IMG/VR virus record: IMGVR_UViG_3300035698_012122
Span: 12,686 to 76,685 of that record
Direction: 5' to 3' (one strand)
From: a virus
DNA length: 64,000 nt
The stretch's first letter is position 1. Each line of letters starts with the position of its first letter. This document shows positions 45,421 to 54,247 of the stretch, one piece after another. The position numbers and the translations under genes were made by a program. Below the pieces are notes generated by a model, which saw only the letters and a list, made by a program, of their open reading frames with translations, was not told the origin of the DNA and did no database searches.

Positions 45421-47502
45421 CTAATTATCAAAACTTAATTTTGAAGTGTCGTTACTATATCTAACTACTTTTATTATGTCATCAATTGAATCTCTAATTT
45501 CTTTATTGTGTGAAATTAGTATAATTTGTCTGTAGCCAAATGTTTTTACAAGCGTAGTTGTTATTATGGTAATCAATTTATTTAAATGAAACTCATCGAA
45601 TGGTGCATCTACTTCATCTAGGAACAACATATTTAATTTCATTTTACCTTGTTCACGTTTGATTAAATTAATAGCAATTCTAACAGCAAATGCAATTAAA
45701 GTTTTACCACCGCCACTATCCATTTTAAATTTACGTTCTTTACCATTCTCAAGTATCTTAATTGTCATTTCTGTTTTACGTTTGTTTTGCCTTTCCATAC
45801 CACAGTCTGGACAATCGCCTCTATGGTTTTTTACAAAGTGATGACCACAGATACAAACAGGTTCTTTACCACCAATTTCTTTATCAGGTGAAAAGTTCAT
45901 AGATAAATCCAATCCAGATAACTTTAGAATCATATTAACTTTATCTTGAATAGTTCCAAGTGAGTTATCAACTTCATCTGCTGGTATTCCATACTTTGAA
46001 AACATTATTGCAATATCAGATAAATCAGCAATTACAATTCTAAGTTTAGATGCTTCTAATTCTTTTGCATCAATCTTTTCAATTGTTTCATCGTAGACAG
46101 AAATTCTATGAGTTAGAACTTTAATGTCAGCTTCTAATTCTTTTATTTTATCAGATAGTGCATCAGCTTGATTATTTCCAGTATCAATATGTTTTTGATT
46201 TTCAGCTAGAAATTCTTTTTCAGTATCAGCTAACTTATCTAATTCAGAAATACGTTTGTTAATTTCAGTTACATCAATATCACCTAATTTAGATAGTGCT
46301 GTATTGGCCTCATTTAGTTTGGTATTTATGCTAGTTGCTTCATCAGATAGTTGAACTAATCGTTTTGCATCCCTTAAATCTTGCTTAACTTCATTATACT
46401 CTTTATGTAGTTGTGTATGTTCGGCCTGATACGTTGTAATTGACCCTGTAGAGCTAATTGCATCACATTTTGAACCGAGTATAGGACATATGCCTTTTGA
46501 CTCACTTATACCTTCCATAAGGCCTTTCAAACGAGACATACTAGAATCTAACGAACCTAGTTCTTCAGACAAGCTAATAATGTCTTCTCTTTTGAAGTTG
46601 CACGTTTGGAAATCTTTATTTATTTCATTTTCTATTCTTTGTAATTTATCACTGTAATTTTGAACATTAGTTTTGATTCTAGTAATTTCACGTTCATTTC
46701 TATTAGCTTCTTGAATCTGATTTAGAACTAATTTCTTATCTGCTGTAATAGTTCTAAGCTTTTCTTCAGCACCTTTATGTTGTGCAATTACTTCATCCAT
46801 ACTAGATTCTATATTCTGTAATTTAGTATCAGATGCATCAGCTTCTTTATTCTTTTGATCTACTTGAATTTGTAAAGCTTCACAAGATTCTAAAGATGAC
46901 TCAAAAGCACGTTTTGCTGATTCAACATCTTTCAATCTATTTCTAAATGTTGTTACATCTTTTTTAACTCTCTCAGATTTTTCTAACCAATGACTGTTAT
47001 TCATCCACATCATCATATCTTCAGATTGTTCTGCTGGTTTCTTTTTCATGAAACCTTCAATATCAGATTGCTTAAAAAATGCTGTTATTTCAAAGTCATC
47101 AGCATGAACACCAAAAGTATCTACGATAGCCTGTTTAGCGTCTTTAGATTTTTCAATCCAATCTACTTCTAACATTCCTTTATTTTTGGAATCTCTACCA
47201 CGTTTTACTCTTTTATAATCTTCACCATCATGCTCATTAACAAATAGTCCATCAATCCACATAACTTCTTCACCATCATGGATTAATTCAACTTCAGTAT
47301 CAGCACGAGATTTACCAGTTAATAGATAAGTGAATATTTCTAAGAACATACTTTTACCAGAACGGTTTGATTTACCTTTAATACCTTCATATTCCCCAAC
47401 AACACACATGAGGGTTCTTAGATCAATGTCTTTTAATTTATGAGTACCTTTAAAAGGCCCAAAATTATGAACGGTTAATTCTGCTAAAATATATGACTTC
47501 AT
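45421..47502 (-). CDS. sbcC: SbcC/Rad50/gp46-like ABC ATPase
   Basis: NFGPF, Walker A NRSGKS, Q-loop FFKQ, coiled coil, SGGG signature, LFLDEVD, ILISHN. Confidence 0.92.
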   Translation of the reverse strand: MKSYILAELTVHNFGPFKGTHKLKDIDLRTLMCVVGEYEGIKGKSNRSGKSMFLEIFTYLLTGKSRADTEVELIHDGEEVMWIDGLFVNEHDGEDYKRVKRGRDSKNKGMLEVDWIEKSKDAKQAIVDTFGVHADDFEITAFFKQSDIEGFMKKKPAEQSEDMMMWMNNSHWLEKSERVKKDVTTFRNRLKDVESAKRAFESSLESCEALQIQVDQKNKEADASDTKLQNIESSMDEVIAQHKGAEEKLRTITADKKLVLNQIQEANRNEREITRIKTNVQNYSDKLQRIENEINKDFQTCNFKREDIISLSEELGSLDSSMSRLKGLMEGISESKGICPILGSKCDAISSTGSITTYQAEHTQLHKEYNEVKQDLRDAKRLVQLSDEATSINTKLNEANTALSKLGDIDVTEINKRISELDKLADTEKEFLAENQKHIDTGNNQADALSDKIKELEADIKVLTHRISVYDETIEKIDAKELEASKLRIVIADLSDIAIMFSKYGIPADEVDNSLGTIQDKVNMILKLSGLDLSMNFSPDKEIGGKEPVCICGHHFVKNHRGDCPDCGMERQNKRKTEMTIKILENGKERKFKMDSGGGKTLIAFAVRIAINLIKREQGKMKLNMLFLDEVDAPFDEFHLNKLITIITTTLVKTFGYRQIILISHNKEIRDSIDDIIKVVRYSNDTSKLSFDN

Positions 47503-48083
47503 TACATACCTTTTTCTAATTCAGTTCTTTCAGTATTTAAATCTCTGTTAAGTGCTTTTGCATCATCGTACTTATCAGGAAATCTAGCTTTTAATTTATC
47601 TTGATTATTAGACAGTGCAAGTTCTAAATCTAGGTTGTGAGATTTTGCCATTGAAATCATATGAGCGTAAATATTCATAACGTGTTGATCCACTAAAAAA
47701 CCATCAATTTCTTTACCATAAAAAGCTACCTTTTTCATCATGTCTAAAAAGTTAGATGAATCAATAACTAGTTGCTCAATACTAAATTCGACAGGTGCTA
47801 AAGAATCTAGTTTACCAATATCTAATCCAAAATCCCTAATCGGAATGGCCAGATACCAGATAACATCAGCACCTTCTTCAGCTAGATTAACCTTATCTAT
47901 TTCAAAACCGTTTCCATTAACAACACTTAAAGCCAATGCCTTTTGAAAACATTCTGCTATTTCACCAACTTCAGTAGATACACCAATTGCACTATGAAGA
48001 AGATTAATTTTAAGACCACTACCAATATGCAAGTTAACTGCTAGTGTTCTTTCACTTGATTTTACAAATTCTGCTAATTTCAT
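47502..48083 (-). CDS. MazG-like nucleotide pyrophosphohydrolase
   Basis: LLHSAIGVSTEVGE...EEGADVIWY...NQDKLKARFPD. Confidence 0.85.
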   Translation of the reverse strand: MKLAEFVKSSERTLAVNLHIGSGLKINLLHSAIGVSTEVGEIAECFQKALALSVVNGNGFEIDKVNLAEEGADVIWYLAIPIRDFGLDIGKLDSLAPVEFSIEQLVIDSSNFLDMMKKVAFYGKEIDGFLVDQHVMNIYAHMISMAKSHNLDLELALSNNQDKLKARFPDKYDDAKALNRDLNTERTELEKGM

Positions 48084-48091
48084 ATTACCAC

Positions 48092-49303
48092 CTATAAGTA
48101 TTTTAATGAGCGTTGATATACTCTGATTAATCTTGTTTTGTCTTTTCTAATATTTCTTTTTAAATAAACTTGAACAGCATCTTTAACAGGTAATCCAAGT
48201 TTTTGCTTTGTTGATCTAATTTTTCTAACCATTACGGTTCTAGGAATGATTGGTTTAATATGAAATGGTTTGTATTCTTTTTTAATACGTTCCATAACAC
48301 CTTTCCAATCTGTTAAAGAGTTTTCAACATTGGTAGTCACATCTAATTTAACAACTGTATTTTCATCAACAGTTTCTAAAAAATCCAGTACATCATCACG
48401 TTCCATAAAAGACGTATTATCTTCAAGCATTGAAACTTCTAATTGCTTGAACTGTAAACAATTTGTAGGGATGTAATTAAATACATGAGGCCCACCAGAT
48501 ATTTCAGTATTGATTTTTAAATCTAGGAAGTACTTTTCAGATTCACGTTCACCAAAACCACAATAGAATTGGCTACCAACTATATTGATGTTTCCAATTT
48601 TATCTTTTGAATGAATATGAGCTTGAATAATTTCTGGTTCAATAAACCCAACTGGTGCATCTAACATTACTTTAGGTAAATAAACTGTAGATTTTCTAAG
48701 TAGGTTTTCTTCAGAACCACCATGAGCACCAGATACATTTAAATGTGAAAAGACTATATGTTGTGAACCTTGTCCAACAACTTTCATAATCTGTTCTGCT
48801 TTTTTATTGATGTATGCTTGAGTAGGAATATTTCTTCTTAGTTTACCTTCACTAACATTTCTCTGAATTAGTGCTTTAGAAATATGTGGTAGGAATGTAA
48901 AGAACAATGGGCCAGTATCAAACGTACCCATATTAATTGCTCTAATATCATCTACCAAAGTAATATTAGGGTATGCAGAACCTAACTCATGTACAAAATT
49001 CAAACATGAAACACGTTCGGGGTCTGATACTTCATCATGATTCCCAACCATTATAAATGATTTAAATCCTGTTTCTCTTAATCTATTAAGTATAAAGATA
49101 AAGAGAGTTATTAGTTTTTCATTTGGATTGTTTGAATTAAATATATCACCACCAAAAACATAGATTACTTCTTCACCAGTTTCTTTATTAACTTTAATTC
49201 CGTGGTCAATCATGTCTTCAATAATATCTAATATTTCATCATTCCGATCTATATCATCAGTTTTCAATCCTAAATGGAAATCACTTCCCCAAATAACTCT
49301 CAT
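48092..49303 (-). CDS. sbcD: SbcD/Mre11/gp47-like metallophosphoesterase nuclease
   Basis: SDFHLG, GGDIF, VGNHD, SH, AHIH, GS motifs. Confidence 0.92.
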   Translation of the reverse strand: MRVIWGSDFHLGLKTDDIDRNDEILDIIEDMIDHGIKVNKETGEEVIYVFGGDIFNSNNPNEKLITLFIFILNRLRETGFKSFIMVGNHDEVSDPERVSCLNFVHELGSAYPNITLVDDIRAINMGTFDTGPLFFTFLPHISKALIQRNVSEGKLRRNIPTQAYINKKAEQIMKVVGQGSQHIVFSHLNVSGAHGGSEENLLRKSTVYLPKVMLDAPVGFIEPEIIQAHIHSKDKIGNINIVGSQFYCGFGERESEKYFLDLKINTEISGGPHVFNYIPTNCLQFKQLEVSMLEDNTSFMERDDVLDFLETVDENTVVKLDVTTNVENSLTDWKGVMERIKKEYKPFHIKPIIPRTVMVRKIRSTKQKLGLPVKDAVQVYLKRNIRKDKTRLIRVYQRSLKYL

Positions 49304-49311
49304 ACTATTCC

Positions 49312-50679
49312 TTATGCTTGTACTGCATCATCATTGGTAACTACTGGACTATTCCTTTCATTTAATTCTTTATCGCTAAAGTCTTCAACTTCATAGGTTT
49401 CACCATCATCATAGCTACCCGTCCAAATTGGTTCAATTGCTTTAGGATAATCCAGAATTAGTTTAGCTAGTTCTTTGTTAGTTGATCCAAGTGCTTTATG
49501 AAAAGTAATTCTAACTTCATCTTCACCAACTAACTTAGGTAAACAGTGTAGATACTCTGTTGTTTTACCCATTTCTTCACCAGTAAATGCATCAAACTTA
49601 GATGTTTTTCTAACTACCATTTCGTTATCCATAAGCATTTTAGCTAGGCCAGAATACTTAGAAATTCCATGAGAGTATAAAATATCTACTACAGCTTTTT
49701 GAAATGGTTTAACAGAACGGTTTTTAATTGATTCCCATTCAGTACGCATACCAATCTTAACTTTTTTGCAGTTCTTCTTATCAGATTTAGGGCCAGTCCA
49801 AACATCTTTTGTAATGTTACCCTTCAGCATACCTTTGAACCTTTGAGTGGCCCAATACTGCATTTTAGATTCACATAGAGATACTTTATTGTTCATGTAC
49901 TTGTTAGCTACTTCAACAATAGTAAACTGATTAATCATTATGTGAGTTGCCATATTATCTTTTAAGAATGGTACAAATGTTTCCATTTGCTCAGTCCATG
50001 CTCTATTTTTTAACTTAGATTCAAAACCTAATTGCTTCCCATCACCTCTAGCGTCTAGTGCATAGATTGTATTAATAGTTGGGAATGAATCACATACAGA
50101 TAAAATAGGAATTTGTTTTTTCTTTTTTCTAATTGCAGTTATTACATTTATTTGGAATGAATAATATTCTTGGATGTTCTGAATACGACAAGTGATAAAT
50201 GTACCAGCATCAATGTCTAACCCAACCATAGAAGCGTAGTTTTCATCAAACGCACCTTCACCATCATTAAGAATTACAACACCGCCCATGGCCTGACAAT
50301 TTGCCATTAACTCATAAGCTAGAAATGATTTACCACCTTGTGATTCCGCACCGAGTTCACAAAATGTACCACCAATAATTCCACCAGAGATAGTTTGAAG
50401 TGCAATGTTATTAAATGGTATTCTATATTCGTATTTCTTCTTCTCTCTATTTGCTTTGTTAATAATATCAAATTTATATTCTTTAACACCTTTAACATCA
50501 GCTATATCATCAAAAGTAAATCCAGATTTAACCTTAGTAGCTTTTTTCTCAATTTTTCTAGTTACTTTTTTAACTGCTTTTTTAATTTCTTTAGGTGTTG
50601 ATTCAACATCTAACACTTCAGCTTTTGATCTAGTTCTAGGTTTTCTAGCTGGTTTAGTAGTCTTCTTTTTTGCGTTCAT
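49312..50679 (-). CDS. recA: RecA/UvsX-like recombinase with basic N-terminal extension
   Basis: GGIIGG, Walker A GAESQGGKS, DGEGA, CDS, INQ, KNRSVKPFQ, GISKYSGL. Confidence 0.9.
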   Translation of the reverse strand: MNAKKKTTKPARKPRTRSKAEVLDVESTPKEIKKAVKKVTRKIEKKATKVKSGFTFDDIADVKGVKEYKFDIINKANREKKKYEYRIPFNNIALQTISGGIIGGTFCELGAESQGGKSFLAYELMANCQAMGGVVILNDGEGAFDENYASMVGLDIDAGTFITCRIQNIQEYYSFQINVITAIRKKKKQIPILSVCDSFPTINTIYALDARGDGKQLGFESKLKNRAWTEQMETFVPFLKDNMATHIMINQFTIVEVANKYMNNKVSLCESKMQYWATQRFKGMLKGNITKDVWTGPKSDKKNCKKVKIGMRTEWESIKNRSVKPFQKAVVDILYSHGISKYSGLAKMLMDNEMVVRKTSKFDAFTGEEMGKTTEYLHCLPKLVGEDEVRITFHKALGSTNKELAKLILDYPKAIEPIWTGSYDDGETYEVEDFSDKELNERNSPVVTNDDAVQA

Positions 50680-50690
50680 TGTTATATCCT

Positions 50691-52670
50691 TTAGTCGAAT
50701 GAATTAAAACTTCCACTATAATCTTCATTGTAAGTGGCCTTAAAACTGAATAGAAAAGGACTAGGTTGTACTTTGAATCTACCCAACTTGTGGCCAATAA
50801 CAGAAACATACAATTCTTTTTCTGGTCTTGTAATGGCAACGTACATCAATCTCTTTTCTTCTTCTCTATCTTCATTTCTATGAAACGGTGCAAGCCTAGT
50901 ACAATTTCCAAGTGTGATTACTACAGGAAATTCTTTACCTTTGGATGCGTGAAATGTCATCATCTGTACATAATCACCGTCTTTTTCACCTTTTCTAACT
51001 GCTTCTTGTTCTTTAACTCTATCCACATAATTAAAAAATTCATCTAATGTTTCAAACGAATTAACTAGATTTATGATTGCATCAAAATCCATTGTTACAT
51101 CACCATCAGGTTTATTATTATTAGATGCATCACCGTTTATAAAACTCTCATAACCAATTCCGTTTAAAACAAACTTGATTAGATCGGTAACATTAGTTTT
51201 AGTTTGGTACTTATTTATTCCAGCTACTATTTGGCCTCTTAATTCACCAAAGCACTGTTTATTTCTATAATCCATACCATCAACATTATTTAGATCATTC
51301 AACGCTTCCCAAAATGTAGCACCTTCATACTCACAATAAGCTTCTATGGCCTTTGTAGCTTTGGAACTAATATACCTGTTAGGTCTTCCAACAATTCTCT
51401 TAAAATCTTTAATAGGTATGTCATCAGGATTTTGAAAAGCCTTCAGATAGATTATAATATCTCTGATTTCTTTTTTATCGAAAAATGTATTTTCGGTAAA
51501 CGTAACGTAGGGAATGTCTGAATTTAAAAAATTAGATTCTAACATTACAGATTGACTATGCACTCTATAAAGAACTGCAATATCACTGTAGTTATATCCT
51601 TTGCTATGAATTAAATCTTCCACCAAGTGATAAACAGCAGATGCTTCACCAACTTCATCATCTGAAGTACAAAACTTTACTGGCATACCTTCAGGCTTAA
51701 AAGCAACTGATGGTTCACCAATAATTCCAGTGCTTCCTTTTATAAATGCATTGGCATTATCTACCAGCGTAGATGAAGAACGGTAATTTGTTTTCAGATT
51801 ATAGATAGTAGGTTTTTTATTAGCTATAAACTTATGTAGGTTATCTAGTGAAGCACCTTGAAAACTATAAATAGCTTGTCTGGAATCACCAACAACAGTT
51901 AGATTTTCATTCAAAGCACTAAGTACACCAGCAATTTGATAATTAATTGCGTTGTTATCTTGTGCTTCATCAATCATTAAATAATTACAACTTCTCTGAA
52001 GGCTATTAATATATTTGTCATACTTTGGATTTTGTAACATTTCTGCACATCTAACCAACATATCACCAAAATCTAGCACGTTCTTTTGGATTTTCCACTT
52101 TTCATAAAACTTCCAAACTTCATATATAGTTTCATTATAACACCAACCTTTACCTCTACCTTCTTTATCAAAAGGGTGGAACTTTTTATAGTTGGTTAAA
52201 TTAGTTCCATACATTCGTCTAATGTTTATAGTACTTAAAAAATCTTTTCCATCCCTATTATGAACTAGCTTTTCATTAGCTCTAATAAAGTTGAAAATTT
52301 GAAATAATGCAGTTCCTTCATTAACTAATGGTTTTGGTAATGAGTAACGAGATTTTCCATCAATCATCATTAAACCATTTTTGTAAATAGAAAAGGATAT
52401 GCTATGAAGAGTGCCTATTTTGACCTTCTTAGCAGTGGATGCACCAACTTCTTTTGCTAGACGTTCTACTAACTCTTCTTTTGCTTTTTTAGTAAATGTA
52501 CATACCCAAATGGTACTAGGTAAAACATTTTTATCTTGGATCAAGTGAATAATTTTTGCAATTATAACTCTGGTTTTACCACTTCCAGCACCAGCTACTA
52601 CAGCTTTGATACCTTCAGTTTCATATACAACTGCACGTTGTTCTTCATTCAATGTTGCAAGATAGCTCAT
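50691..52670 (-). CDS. uvrD: UvrD/PcrA/Rep SF1 helicase
   Basis: LNEEQ, AGAGSGKT, TFTKKA, IDEAQD, VGDSRQAIYSF, NYRS, MTFHASKGKEF, EEKRLMYVAITR. Confidence 0.96.
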   Translation of the reverse strand: MSYLATLNEEQRAVVYETEGIKAVVAGAGSGKTRVIIAKIIHLIQDKNVLPSTIWVCTFTKKAKEELVERLAKEVGASTAKKVKIGTLHSISFSIYKNGLMMIDGKSRYSLPKPLVNEGTALFQIFNFIRANEKLVHNRDGKDFLSTINIRRMYGTNLTNYKKFHPFDKEGRGKGWCYNETIYEVWKFYEKWKIQKNVLDFGDMLVRCAEMLQNPKYDKYINSLQRSCNYLMIDEAQDNNAINYQIAGVLSALNENLTVVGDSRQAIYSFQGASLDNLHKFIANKKPTIYNLKTNYRSSSTLVDNANAFIKGSTGIIGEPSVAFKPEGMPVKFCTSDDEVGEASAVYHLVEDLIHSKGYNYSDIAVLYRVHSQSVMLESNFLNSDIPYVTFTENTFFDKKEIRDIIIYLKAFQNPDDIPIKDFKRIVGRPNRYISSKATKAIEAYCEYEGATFWEALNDLNNVDGMDYRNKQCFGELRGQIVAGINKYQTKTNVTDLIKFVLNGIGYESFINGDASNNNKPDGDVTMDFDAIINLVNSFETLDEFFNYVDRVKEQEAVRKGEKDGDYVQMMTFHASKGKEFPVVITLGNCTRLAPFHRNEDREEEKRLMYVAITRPEKELYVSVIGHKLGRFKVQPSPFLFSFKATYNEDYSGSFNSFD

Positions 52671-52690
52671 ATTTTCCTAAAACCTAAATA

Positions 52691-52716
52691 TACAGGGCCT
52701 AATTAAAGACCCTGTA
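52691..52716 (-). terminator. Hairpin after SSB gene
   Basis: TACAGGG...CCCTGTA inverted repeat. Confidence 0.55.
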
Positions 52717-52728
52717 GAATATATATTA

Positions 52729-53790
52729 TTAACTTCTTCTAGCTCTACCACCACGAGTTGATGTAGTTTCAGAACTACCTCGTGAACTTCTACCACCACG
52801 AGCTTGTGGAGTTTCTTCAGGTGTTGCACTACCTCTAGCACTACCACGAGCACCACGAGCTGGTTTATCTTCTGAAGAACTACCACGGCTACTTCTAGCA
52901 CTTCTTGGTGATTCATTTTCTTCACTAGTGTTAATGTCTTTATCAAGATTCACATCTTCATTAGCACCACTGTTATCATCACCAGTGTTATCAGAGTAAT
53001 TAACATCTTCTTTTTGTTCATCACCTTTACCAAGTTCATCTAAATTTATTCCAATCTCATCACCTTTTTCAAAACAGAAATCAATATAAGATTCAAACTC
53101 TTCTTTGTTAAACGGTGGTTGTAAACTTTCCATCTTTGGTCTTCTATTTAAGATAGAATCAAATGCTTCTTCTGTTACAATATTATCACCAAATAATGTA
53201 GCTGGTTTATCAAGATCAAATTCTACACTAGTATATTTTCTTGCAAAACCTTCTTCACCGTTAGTTTCAATAACTAAAATCTTCCCTTCTTCAGGATGAC
53301 AATAATCATGTAAATCACCTTCATTTTCTTCCATTGCTTCATCTAATGCTGGAAGAACAACTTTAGCTACAGTATGTGGCATCTTAAAAATTTGTGGGCC
53401 AGCTTCAACATCATTGATGTCTAAAACTAAAATGTGGTCATCATTATCAGCTACTAATTGTTTCCAAAAATCAGCTTTAGATTTTGAATCACTTTTACCA
53501 AATTCATCCCTAGCAGACCAACCAAGATCGGTAATCTCATCTTGTTCTTGAGTAAACGTAGGACTTGCACATTGCTTTAAAACTTTAAAGTTTTTACCAT
53601 GACCTTGAGTAAACTTGTGGATGTAAGATGTAAATACAACATCAGCATCTTCATCTTTAGGTGTTAGAATAAATAATTCTGTTACCTTCTTCTTAATCTT
53701 GAACATAGGTAATTTACCACCTGTTGCTCTACCCTTTAGGGCATCTGCACTTTTACGACTTCTTCTAGTTGAATACTTGTCTTCACTCAT
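52729..53790 (-). CDS. Single-stranded DNA-binding protein (gp32-like) with acidic and RG-rich tail
   Basis: Start MSEDKY at 53790 behind GGAGG. YIH...CAS, GPQIF, HPEEGK...G...KY pattern. Located among recombination genes. Confidence 0.65.
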   Translation of the reverse strand: MSEDKYSTRRSRKSADALKGRATGGKLPMFKIKKKVTELFILTPKDEDADVVFTSYIHKFTQGHGKNFKVLKQCASPTFTQEQDEITDLGWSARDEFGKSDSKSKADFWKQLVADNDDHILVLDINDVEAGPQIFKMPHTVAKVVLPALDEAMEENEGDLHDYCHPEEGKILVIETNGEEGFARKYTSVEFDLDKPATLFGDNIVTEEAFDSILNRRPKMESLQPPFNKEEFESYIDFCFEKGDEIGINLDELGKGDEQKEDVNYSDNTGDDNSGANEDVNLDKDINTSEENESPRSARSSRGSSSEDKPARGARGSARGSATPEETPQARGGRSSRGSSETTSTRGGRARRS

Positions 53791-54208
53791 TATGGCCTCC
53801 TTTTCTATTAGACATTGAGCTTCCTTTTTTATCTTCTCTATTGTCATTGGATAATATTTCCAAATTTTTTCTTGTTTCTTTTAATATTTCTATTTCTGCT
53901 TTTACCCTATTTAAATCATCACTGATATTAATAACTAAAGTTTTTTGTGTTTTAACTTCAGATATAACATTTACTTTATCGTTTATATCAGTTCCAGTTG
54001 CTTGTTTGGAAGATGAAAGATTACGTTCTTTATTACGTTTTAAAACTCGCTGTTGTGAAATCATAAAATCTAATTCAAGCTTTGCAAGTTCTAATTCTTT
54101 AGCATAGTTTTCTCTCTCTTCACATAAGGAAGAAAACAGTGAAGCATATTTATATAGTCGGTCACTAACCTGACTTTTATTGAATATTATAAAGTCTCTA
54201 AATTCCAC
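53783..54208 (-). CDS. Coiled-coil protein, possible UvsY-like recombination mediator
   Basis: 141 aa helical ORF between polymerase and SSB. Confidence 0.45.
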   Translation of the reverse strand: MEFRDFIIFNKSQVSDRLYKYASLFSSLCEERENYAKELELAKLELDFMISQQRVLKRNKERNLSSSKQATGTDINDKVNVISEVKTQKTLVINISDDLNRVKAEIEILKETRKNLEILSNDNREDKKGSSMSNRKGGHNE

Positions 54209-54247
54209 CTAATACCTAATCCTAATTGTGATGAAAAACTATCCATA

